Below the pieces are notes generated by a model. It was not told where the DNA came from, searched no databases, and saw only the letters and a list, made by a program, of their open reading frames with translations. This document shows positions 53,634 through 64,000 of a stretch of 64,000 nt of DNA, piece by piece. The position numbers and the translations under genes were made by a program. This DNA comes from Zygnema circumcarinatum SAG 698-1b (Eukaryota; Plantae; Zygnematophyceae). Positions within the stretch are counted from its first letter, which is position 1; each line of letters starts with the position of its first letter. Location of the stretch: contig CM074815.1 in the NCBI GenBank assembly GCA_037447605.1, forward strand, positions 558,001-622,000, written 5' to 3'.

Positions 53634-56600
53634 TTATCTAGGAGGCATCTTTGTCGCCTCTCCCTTCTCCAATAGCGGTGCTTCGTCCCCACTCTCCTTA
53701 GAATCTTGCTGCATGACAACGTTCATCTCTACCGTACTGTCCCCTCCAAGCCCTTTTTTCTTTGACTGTTTGAGCCGATATTTGACGACTGAATACCATA
53801 CTCCCCCTACAGTGTTGAGCACGTGGCCGGATACAAATAAGCTCTTTACCCAAAAGGCAGAATCTTGATCTTTGATTCCACTCCATCCAACTCCACCAAG
53901 TACAAAGAAGCCGAGTGTCTGCCAAAAACCCACTCAACAAACACAGAAGAATATCGTTAGCGGTCGAATTCTATGGACTAACTTTGAAGAACAATGCTTC
54001 CCTCTCTTAAAGAGAGTATTCTTCTTGCTGTAGAATGAGCAATCGATGTGCTATGAATTTCGCTTTGAGGGAGCGAAAAATTGAAGCAAGTTGGCGTAAA
54101 AAGTTGATTTTCTTTCACTTCTTTTTGAATCGTTGGTTGAAAGGAAGACATACCGTGCTTGCTGCCGATTTCAAGACTCCCACAATGGTGGTAGTGAGAG
54201 CAGAATTGTAGAGAGTGCATAGAAACACAGTGAAGTTGAGGAGGCATCCCATGACCAATAGGAGGACCATTGCGAATGTGAAGCCCATGGAGGAGCTCAT
54301 CTGTCCAACCCCTCCCGTTAAGCAAATCAAATAAGCAAATCGCAGATTGAATTCTCAAAACAAGAAACATCAATGTATAGTATGAAAGCGAGAGTGACAG
54401 AGAAAGAGAGAGAGAGAGAGAGAGGGAGAGAGGGACAGGGGAGGTGGGGAGAGGGANNNNNNNNNNGAGGGGGAGGGGGAGGGGGAGGGCGAGGCCAAGA
54501 GCGAGGGTGAGGGAGAGGGGGAGAGAGAGAGAGAGAGAGGGCGAGGGAGAGAGAAAGAGAGCGAGGGAACGAGAGTGAGAGAGAGAAAGGAGATTGGTTG
54601 ATCCCTACCTTAGTGACAAGCTCAGACAACGAGACTTGAGCCTCTCCAGTGATGATGATGAGAGTGGCGAGAACAGGGAGAGAGAGAACGGAGTTATAAA
54701 GCAGCAGCTCGGACGAGTTCAGCCCTCCTTCCGCCCCCGACCGTTCTACCATAAGCAGGTAACCGACCTGCTCAAGTAAAAGGTTTTTCAAATCTTTCAA
54801 ATCTTCTGAAAACCTTTCGTGGGTCGTACGTTCACTTTTGGGGGGATGAATATGGAGTGAAATAGATGCTGGAAAGGATAAATTGAGAAGCAGAGTGGAA
54901 GTGGAACAAAGTAAAATTGAGCAGTCCAATGAAGGAAGTCGTCAAAGGAAGGTGGGAATGCACAAGAGGAGGAGAAAGGAAAGGCGAAGTAAAGGTTCTG
55001 AACCTGAAAAGTTACAGAAGCAAGAGCCATAATGTAGCTCTTCAAATCAAATGTGAAGTCGGAACTCCCAGCTACTATACAGCCTGCTGCAATAAGCAGA
55101 ACTGACAATGTAACCTGCGGGCCAAATCTGAAAAAAGATTAGACAAAGCAGGCATAAAGTCACCTCCAACATAGAAGATACTCTACCCCCGCATTCAGGA
55201 ACAAGCGTCCTCCTCTTCCCATACCCTAAATGCGGAACTCCCTCTTCAGAGGACTTCCTCTCCTCTCCCTCTCCCTCTCCCTCTCCCTCTCCCTCTCCCT
55301 CTCCCTCTCCTCTCCTCTCCCTCTCCCTCTCCCTCTCCCTCTCTCCTCTCTCTCCCCTTTCCCTCCCTCTCCCTCTCCTCTCCCTCTCCCTCTCCTCTCT
55401 CTCACTCTCCCTCTCCCTCTCCCTCTCCCTCTCCCTCTCCCTCTCCCTCTCCTTCTCAGAAATTTACTTTCTACTTTATTTTCTTCTTGCACAAAACCAA
55501 GGAGTGCCTCACCTGCACGGGAGGAGAAGGCTTCCCTAAGAAGAAGTTGGAGACGAGCACCCCGAGAGGGTTGAGTCTCTTTAACGCTGCGTACATGGGA
55601 ATGTTGACCCCCTGCAGACTGGCGAGGGCGAAGGCAACGTTCGCATTGTAGAAGGCCGCAAGAGGGAGGAGGTCGGTCGCGGTTTTCATAGAAAAGGGGC
55701 GGACGGAAATGAGGAGGAGCCACTGTACTGACGAGGGCAGCGGAGACAGCTCATCTGGCGGGAGAGGGAGAGGGAGAGGGGAGAGAAGGAAGGGAGGAAG
55801 GGAGAGGGAGAGGGAAAGGGAAGGGAGGGAGGAGGGAGGGAGGGAGGGAGGGAGGGAGGGAGGGAGGGAGGGAGGGAGGGAGGGAGGGAGGGAGGGAGGG
55901 AGGGAGAGGAGAGGGGAGAGAGGGAGAGGGAGGAGAAGGGAAGGGGAGAAAGGGAAAGAGAGAAAGGAAGAGAAAAGGAAAGAGAGAAGGAGAGAGGAGA
56001 AGGAGAAAGGGAGAGAAAGGAAAAAGGGAGAGAGGAGGAAGGAGAAGGGAGAGAGGGAGAGGAGAGGAGAGGAGAGGAGAGGGAGGAGGAGGAAGAAAGA
56101 AGTGGAGGAGCGAAAGGATAAGGGGGGAGAGAGAGGGAGAGAGAGAGTGATTAGAGATGATGAGGAAGCAACTTGACTCGTTGAAAAGCGCATAGATAGC
56201 ACATAGCGCATTGATGTTTGAACAAAGGTGTACGAAAGAATAAGTCGATTTATGAAGGAAGCAGATAGAGGGTGTGGGGAAGCGCGTACTTGAAGCGTGA
56301 GTATTGTAAGAGGGTACGGATAGTGAACCAGAAGTCCCTTATTCAGAAACACCATAGCCAAGGAAGTGCAGCCATATGCCAATGCAGCGAGTAAACTGCA
56401 AAAAGAAAAATACATTAGTGGTTAATTTATAATTAATTAATCAAGAAATTAAAGATGAAATAATTACTTCAGGCTTTAGGCTTAACGGAGAAGAATTGAA
56501 TTGCAAAGAAGGAAGATCCCGAAAAAAAAAAAGAATAGAAACAATTAATGATCGCATTTAAATTAGCATTTGGGAACGAATGGGAATTTTTTTTTAGACA

Positions 56601-57044
56601 TGATGAGAGAAAGAGGGGAAAAATCACTATTCGAATGGCATCGCCTTTCGCATTCGAAAAGTAATTATCATTGCATTAGGGACGAAGAATCTAGACGACA
56701 AATTTCAAATTGATGTAGTTGAAAACACGGAGAGCGCCCTTAATTTTCAGTTTTGGTTTTTGAAGTCCGGGAAACTAAACAAAGGAAAAAAGTATATTAA
56801 CAAAGCTACAGTCTGATAACTGGATATGCCAGATCCACCGAAAATTCCTGGCGATTAACCCTAACCCTAACCTTATAACCCTAACCCTATCCCTAACCCT
56901 AACCCTAACCCTAACCATAATTTCCTAACTCCGAACCTACCCTGACCTCAGATCCCAACCGGAGACAAAGCACCTCACTCACCTCAGCAGCTGGCTGGGA
57001 ATCAGCTTCTGCACCTCCGGCCACGTGGGCTTCCCAGCCTCCAT
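53634..57044 (-). CDS. UTR7: Nucleotide-sugar transporter, UTR7-like (UDP-Gal/UDP-Glc), multi-exon
   Basis: SLLAALAYGCTSLAMVFLNK; FYNANVAFALASLQGVNIPMYAALKRL; AGCIVAGSSDFTFDL; VERSGAEGGLNS; LNFTVFLCTLYNSALTTTIVGVLK; NTVGGVWYSVVKY. First exon MEAGKPTW at 57044. Confidence 0.85.
56856..56919. repeat. Interstitial telomere-like (CCCTAA)n array in UTR7 intron 1
   Basis: About 9-10 TAACCC units, some degenerate. Confidence 0.85.
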
Positions 57045-57862
57045 GGCGATGCCACGTGGCAGAAATGCAGGCCGTCACGTGCACTGGCAGCCCGCCCGCT
57101 GTCTCTCGGCCTCACCTCCACCTTCACCTCCGCCCGCTGCCCTGCTCTCTGCCTTTGAAGGCGCTGGGAGCGAACTCTCAGCGCACAGTTCGCGAACTGA
57201 AGCGCACTGCGCGACTCAGGGACGTGCATTACGCGAACTGTACGAAAAATAACTAACGTATGAACTTTTTCGCCATTGGCGAACCGGAGTTGGGCATCGA
57301 CCAACACCGACGTACCACGTGTATGATTTGTACACATGGCGGTTAGGGATTGGCGAATGGAGAAAACTCCTGGGGGGTGCGTTTTTGTGCGGCTGCGCTG
57401 TGGCCGGATTTAGGGGTACGAACTGGCCGTCGCTTTGGGAGCAAAAGTTCCCTGTGAAGGAAACAGTTCGCGTTGACGGCAAACGGTTTGGTCGGAAAGC
57501 GTCTGGTTTGAGATTCCGGTCGTCCGTTTTGGGGACTTAGACCGATGGCATGAGTTGGACGGAAGCGAACTGAGACGAACTGAGAGCGAGAGTCGAAATA
57601 TTTGCGCACTGAGACGAACTAAGAGCGAACTGAGTCAAACTATTTGCCCACTCGAGACGAACCGAGAAGGACCTTTTGGAGGTCCTCTTGGTCGGTCGGT
57701 GCCGAGATTCAAGGAAGCGCGTCCTCGTACAAAACAAACGACAAAAGTGTACGAATCCGGCACGACCTGCCGGACCGGCCGAACGACCTGCCGGTCTGGC
57801 AGCCACTTTCGCCGGCCGGTAATATGCCGGCTGCCGGTCCTGCCGGCGGCCGCCGTTGGCAG

Positions 57863-57901
57863 TTGACCGGCTGACCGATTGACCAATTGACCAGTTTGAC
57901 C
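57863..57901. promoter_or_regulatory. Tandem W-box-like array (TTGACC x4, TGACC x1) in the UTR7/SCY1 divergent promoter
   Basis: Cores at 57863, 57872, 57879, 57887 and 57896. Confidence 0.5.
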
Positions 57902-58219
57902 CAGCCGCGACCTCGTCCAAAACGACAGAGAACGGAGAGAAAAAGTTGTGTTCGCTAACGACACAGTTACCGTACGGATTCAAGTACCGTACCGTACTGT
58001 GAAAAAAGACAAGGCTGATCCAGGATCTACCGCTGTTGAACATTGCCTTTACAACGATCAGCCGATGGCCAACCTTCGAGTGGATTCCAGATCCACACAA
58101 GTTCAACTAGATCCACTAGTTGAACATTATCCACTCCAGCAGGCAGGCAGGCAGGCAGGCAAGCAGTCCCCCATAGTGAGGGCCTCCGGGAATCCTGAAA
58201 AGCCCTGAACGGCCCTCCC

Positions 58220-60416
58220 ATGGCTACCTCCTGCTCCTCCCTCCTGTTGCCCTCCCTCTCCTCTCCCTCTCCCTCTCCCTCTCCTTCTCCCTCTCTTCTC
58301 TCCCTGTCGTCAAGCCGCAGCCGCCATGGCTGCCTTCTGCCTTCTGCTCTCTCCGCAAGGCTCAGACATTCCCCGCGTCGCAGAAGTGCATGTAGCGCCC
58401 GTTCTGTTCTCCGCCATGGCTGGTCTGAGAAGCTCGAGGAAGAGAGCAGGAAGAGGATGAATGTACGGTTTGCGCGGAATCCATGGCGGAAAGTAGCCAC
58501 GGCTGCCGGTTCGTCGTCATCCTCATCGCCAAAAAGTTCGACTCTGTGAGCTTCTTTTGACAGATTTTGAATCCTAAATTTAACGATTACTCTAAAATGC
58601 TGAATTTCTGTTTTGGGACCCAGCTCACACTATTGTTCTGAGAGGAAGATTTGGACTCAGGAGCAAGCTCAAGCTCCCCCTCGGGGCGAAGGCGGGTTGC
58701 GTGGGAGAATTAGGCTTTGGTTTAGTTTGTTTTTAGAGTCTTCACTCGTTCTCGCTCACTCTCCCTCTCGCCCTCCCCTCCTCCCTCCCTCCCGGTCCTC
58801 TTTCTGCTTCTCCCTCTCCTTCTCCCACTCTCTGTCTTCACTCTCTCTCTCTCTCCCTGGCCCACTTTCCGTCATGTTCTATCTCCCGTTGTTTCCCTCT
58901 CCCCAACGATTGCAAATGAAACGTGGCAGGTTTTTGTTGTTTTGTTAAGCGTTGGTCTCCTCACAAGCAGCAATGTTGCTATTTTTCTTTCAAAAATTTA
59001 TTCAGATAAAAATTTCATTTCGTTTCAATTAAGGAGTGCTGTTTTACCAGTTCAGTTTTTCTTTTCAATAATCTAGCTTTTATTCTCCAAACCGTAGTGG
59101 TCAAGAAATCACAAACGGTTCGTGTCTTTTGCGGTTTAATTTTGTGGTTTAATTTTGCTGTTTTGAGGTGCAGAAAAGGAGGACATGAAGGGAAGCCCTG
59201 GGAAGGAGAGGAAGAAATTTTTGATCCGTTGGAGCTTCGAGTGAAGCAGCCATGGCTACCATCAAGAAGACCACTAGGAAGGCTTGCGGCAACTGGACGC
59301 GGTTCAGCCTGTAAGAACAGGCGAGAGAGAGAGAAGGAGAGAGAGTGTGAGAGGGAAGCAAGAGAGGGGGAGAGAGAGAGAGATGTGGAAGCATGAGAGT
59401 GGGAGAGAGAGAGGGGCCAAAAGGAAGAGAAGGGAGAAGCAAAAAGACTTCTTAATATGATGATGCTCCATGTCCGCTTTCTCTCTCGCCGTTTCCCTCT
59501 CACGCCCCTTACTTTCTCCTCTCTTCCCTTTCTCCCTACTCTTGCGCTCATCACTTTCCCCACCCAGCCTCTCTCTGCACCTTTCTCANNNNNNNNNNNN
59601 NNNNNNNNNNNNNNNNNNNNNNNNNNNNNNNNNNNNNNNNNNNNNNNNNNNNNNNNNNNNNNNNNNNNNNNNNNNNNNNNNNNNNNNNATGCAAAAAAGA
59701 GACTGAATCCACCCTGTGTGCTGCCCTCAGGCTATTGGCCAGGTGGCATTCATCAAACCCTACGCCTACGACTTCTCGCCAGCGTGGCAGCTTTCAGCCA
59801 TTGCCGGGCTGACACTTGGCTCCTTCGCAGTGATTTACATCGGAGACAAAATTACTGACCTGAAATTGGGGAACGGCACTTCTCTTCTCATCTTCACGAG
59901 CATTGTTTCATACCTGCCCGCAACTTTCGGGCGGACACTCGAACAAGCGACGGAGACTGGGAACTATGTCGGACTTGGGACTCTTCTCCTCTCGTTTCTT
60001 CTTTTGGTGTTTGGAATTGTATATGTTCAGGTTAGGCCACACATAGCTTTCCTCCCTCTCCCTCTCCCTTTCCCTTTCCCTCTCCTCTCCGTCCTCCTTG
60101 CATCTCTCTACTCTTTCTTCTTTCTTCTCTCCTCTTCAAAGTTCATTATTATTCCTCAAGTTATTCTTATAGGGAAGTCCTAACTCCCGTTGATGAGTTT
60201 TGCTTCGGAGATGAATTTCAGGAAGCGGAACGGAAGATTCCCATTAACTATGCGCAAAGGTTTACTGTTACGATGAGAAAGGCCGCCTACCTGCCATTCA
60301 AGGTAAACATCACCACCTCTTTTTGCCGACAAAAGTAGGAAATGCACGCACAACTTGAGGCAGAGGACAACTTAGGAAGGGAATGGAAGGGCTCCTCTCC
60401 TACTTGCCATGACATG

Positions 60417-60466
<50 letters not shown>

Positions 60467-61540
60467 ACTCTCCCCTCGCTCTCCTCTCTCTCTCTCTCTC
60501 TATAGGTTAACTCTACAGGAGTCATGCCCATCATCTTCGCCTCGTCCCTCATGGCTGCTCCCGCCTCCCTCGCCCGCTTTACGGGATCTCCGGTTCTGCA
60601 AACAGTTGCAGTCAGCTTGGACCCTGGAGGTGAGAAAGAGCTGCTTGAACTCTGAAATGTCTCCCTCTCCCTCTCCCTTGCCCTCTCCGACTCACTTCAT
60701 CACCCGCTCCGCTGTTCCTTCCTTTTGCTTCTCCTCTCTCTCTCGTTCTCTCCCTCTCTTTCTGCTCATTTTTTCCTTCGCGTGCTCGTTCTCTGCCTCT
60801 ATTTGCCATTTCCGCTTCGCTCGCCCTCACTCACCATCCTATCGCCCTTTCTCTCCTCCTCCCCTTAATTCTCGCTGTTTGCCTCTCACTCGCTCTCCCC
60901 CTCTGTTCACCAGGCCCTGCCTACTTGGTGCTGTATATTTCTTTCATTGCCTTTTTCAACTACTACTACACATTCCTCCAGCTCGACCCGAATGATGTCA
61001 GCGATCAACTGAAACGGCAAGGAGCCTCCATTCCCATGGTTCGCCCCGGCAAGGCAACGGCTGCATATATCACCGACGTAAGTAGCCCTTCGGGGGAGGG
61101 GGGGTTGAGGGAGAGAGGGATAGGGAGCGAAACAGAGAGAGAGAGAGAGAGCGAGATCACGAGAGCGAGGGAGAGAGCCGCAGGCAACACAGAGACTTTC
61201 CGCAACTGTGCGAACTAACTAAGTACCTATCTTCCATCCCCTTTTCCCTTTTTTTTTTGTACTTTCTTTCGTTTCCCCCTTGTTTGATGCGCAGGTCCTG
61301 GCGAAAATCTCGGTTTTGGGGTCGGGGTTTTTGGCGGCCATGGCCACCGCCCCCTCCTTGGTGGAGGCCCTCACGCACCTTCAAGCCTTCCGGGGCTTCG
61401 CCGGGACCTCCATCCTCATCCTGGTGGGCTCCGCCACCGACAGCGCCCGCAAGGTCGGGGCGGAGGTCGTGAGCAACCGCTACAAAGGCATTGAGCTGCC
61501 CTTCAGCGGCGGGTCCGACCGCCTTCCGCCGCCTCGTTGA
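58220..61540 (+). CDS. SCY1: Chloroplast preprotein translocase SecY (SCY1); middle exons hidden in the N-gap at ~59589-59688
   Basis: Ser-rich transit-like start; IFDPL; IGDKITDLKLGNGTSLLIF; QEAERKIPINYA; YLPFKVNSTGVMPIIFA; FFNYYYTFLQLDPNDVSDQLKRQGASIP; GFAGTSILILVG. The start is less certain than the C-terminus. Confidence 0.88.
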
Positions 61541-61964
61541 GGGGAAAAAAGAAAGGGGGCAAATAAAAAATGGGGGTGAGAGCAATGCTTCGGGGGGGGG
61601 GGGGGGGGGGNNNNNNNNNNACGTCACGCGCTTGTCAGTAATGTATTAAAGTCGGCGTTTTCTTGAAGTAGGAGAAATTGAGAAGAAGTTTGTTTGCGTG
61701 TAGCCCCCCCTCTCTCTCTCTCCCGCTCTCTCTCGCACCCACGCTCGTTTTCACTCTCCCTCGTTCGCTCTGCTCACTTTCTCTTCCTCTCTCGCTTTCT
61801 CGCCCACTCTCTCTTTCTCTCGCTATCTCCTTGCTCACTCTCTCTCCCTCTCGCTTTCTCGCCCTCTTTCTCTTTTGTTGAAAGGAACGCCTATCAACGT
61901 TTACTGATTGCATGTTTGATTGAAAAGTTCACCGCGAAGACGATGCGCCGTGCAAGCGCTACAT

Positions 61965-62183
61965 GCCATGCTATGCCATGTTATGCCACGCCGCTCACCG
62001 GCCATGCCATGCCATGCCGCCCGCCAGCCATGCTCTGCCACGCGGCCCACACCATGCCATGCCGCCCGCCGGTCATGCCACGCGCCATGCCGCCCGCCGG
62101 CCATGCCATGCCGCCGCCGAGCCTCCCGCTGCGCGCTTGCGTTTCGGGTCGTTACGTCATCACGTCACGTCACGTCACGTCAT
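61965..62183. repeat. GCCATG-rich array (61965-62112) followed by tandem ACGTC/TGACGT units (62154-62183)
   Basis: Directly visible downstream of SCY1. Confidence 0.8.
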
Positions 62184-63361
62184 ATGACGACCCGTCACTT
62201 CGCGATGCCGCGGATGGCAATCTTGACCTTTGCGGCGGCGCCAAGCGACACGTGGCGATGAACGCGCACGCGATCCGGGCCGCTGTGCCCCCGCTCCATC
62301 GGACGGCGGTGGACACGTGGCAGGTCGACGGAAGATGCTGGCGGAAGGGGGGACCCGGGGGAGGGCTCAATTAGAGGGGTGAATTCGCCGACCCGAATAA
62401 ATTGCACCTGTGAAAAACCTGTTCAACACGACGGATTTCAAACATGGATCACGCTATTCCGCTGGTACAAGTGAATACAATCTACATTTGTACATTTGTA
62501 CATTTGTTTGCGTGGGGACATTTGTACGATTGTCATGCACAGTAAAGCCTGCTGAACGTATGAGATGCGAAACAGTACGGTATACGTACGGTACCAATAA
62601 GAGCTCGTGTGGTCAAATGTACGGTACCAATAGGAGCTCGCGACAGGAATTGCCGGGCGGCCATGAGCCTCCGTACAGAGCGGAACAGTACGGCCACAGG
62701 CCAGTCTCGAGAAACCACGACCGCCCCGAAATAAGACAAAACCATACGGCTTTGTCCTCTGATTATTTGTGGTGGACGGCAGCTCCCGACTCCGTGACGC
62801 GTCCGTACGCTGCCGACACGCATTAACGGCGCTTGGACGGACATGGCTTGACGGGCGGGTCGAAGGAAACGTTTTAGAGTATCGTGAAGCTCTCCGATTG
62901 GCTGCAGTCGCTGTTTGCAGCTAGATGTCAGAAGCCGGGCTGCCCGAAAAAAAAGAAGCTGCTCCGAACCACCACGTTGACCAGGGCGGACTGAAATCGA
63001 TGACGCCATCCCACCGACACTTTGGACAGACCTGCCGACAGGACTCTCCTGCTTGCCGTACCCCGAATGCCGGGAACGGTAACGGAAACTGTGCGGCATA
63101 GGTCGTTTTGAATCTGCCCGAAGAAGCATCTCGAGAACCAACTATAGCTCATAGCCAATACATACCCGCCACGTCGGACACAAGTTTCATTCCTGACGGC
63201 CTGAGTCTTCGGGGCAACCGGAAAAAGCGGGCCGTGGCGACATATGGCAGGGCGGCACGTGTGAGTGTCGGTTCAGCTCGGTCGTTCGCACGTGCGAGAC
63301 GCCGAGCGCGCCAGGTGGGGCGGGCAGGAGGACGGTTCGCTACGTGGCGGCTGGAGGACGA

Positions 63362-64000
63362 AAGAGGGTGGGAGAGGGAGAGGGAGAGGGAGAGGGAGAG
63401 GGAGAGGGAGAGAGAGGGAGTGGGAGAGAGGGAGAGGGAGAGGAAGGAGAGGGAGGCGGTAGCTGAAGGAGCGAGAGGGTGGCCATGACGGAGGCGGATA
63501 GAGGTATGAAGGTGGGGGGTGAAGAGAGGGAGAAGAGTGGGAGAGAGAGGGGGAGAGGGAGGGAGAAAGGGATGTGGGAGAGATGAATGGAAGGGGAGCC
63601 AGGAGATGAGAGGTATGGGAAGGGTGGGAGATAGGAGAGGGAAGCGTTTAGAAGAGGGAGAAGAAATGGAAATTAGCGGGAGATGAGGGAGGAGAGTGGA
63701 GTGAAGCGGGAGGTTAAAGTGGGATTAGAGTCGAGGCAGAGGGGTGGAGGGGAGGCGAGAGGATGAGGGAGATTGTGGGGGAAAGGAGAGCGAGAGAAGA
63801 GAGTGCAGGTGGAGGGAGGGAGAGAGTGAGAGAGGTGGTAGAGAGGGAGAGGAGAGGGAGAGAGGGAGTGAGAGAGGGGGGTAGGAGGCGCTGAAATGGG
63901 ACGACCGTTGAGGATGAGTTCGGAGAGAGAGTGGGATGGACAGGGGAAAGGGAAGCAGAGAGAGGTTGAAGACAGAGAGAGAGCGAGGGAGAGAAGAGAG
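63362..64000. repeat. GA-rich low-complexity tract to the window end
   Basis: Directly visible; no credible ORF. Confidence 0.85.

Noticed and set aside
62533-63486. 202-aa minus-strand ORF and a short MATLSLLQLPPPSPSS ORF from 63486
   Set aside because: No recognisable motif. The second stops after 48 codons and has no convincing donor site.

Overview
Eukaryotic nuclear DNA from a streptophyte, most likely a gene-dense streptophyte alga. This is an inference from land-plant-type COBRA, EG16, UTR7 and Lhcb3 genes, short GT-AG introns and pervasive (GA/CT)n tracts. The left ~11 kb is an accessory, gap-ridden block. It holds a Gag/zinc-knuckle fragment, two identical copies of an intronless LRR + class-3 lipase gene (the duplication is probably an assembly artefact), and a degenerate Ty3/gypsy chromovirus with one LTR. 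The remaining ~52 kb holds ten host genes: an uncharacterised protein with a 19-nt microexon, a frameshifted BTB/POZ gene, the head-to-head pair Lhcb3/PsbP, Nup133, DUF789, a secreted double-GH16(EG16) protein, COBRA, a UTR7-like nucleotide-sugar transporter and chloroplast SecY (SCY1). Between them are G-box-rich promoters, a 200-bp MITE and several motif arrays. The two strongest novelty candidates are (1) the intronless LRR-lipase, whose layout resembles a bacterial secreted effector, and (2) the tandem EG16 protein, whose first domain has lost its catalytic residues. All exon structures were read by eye and no database search was run.
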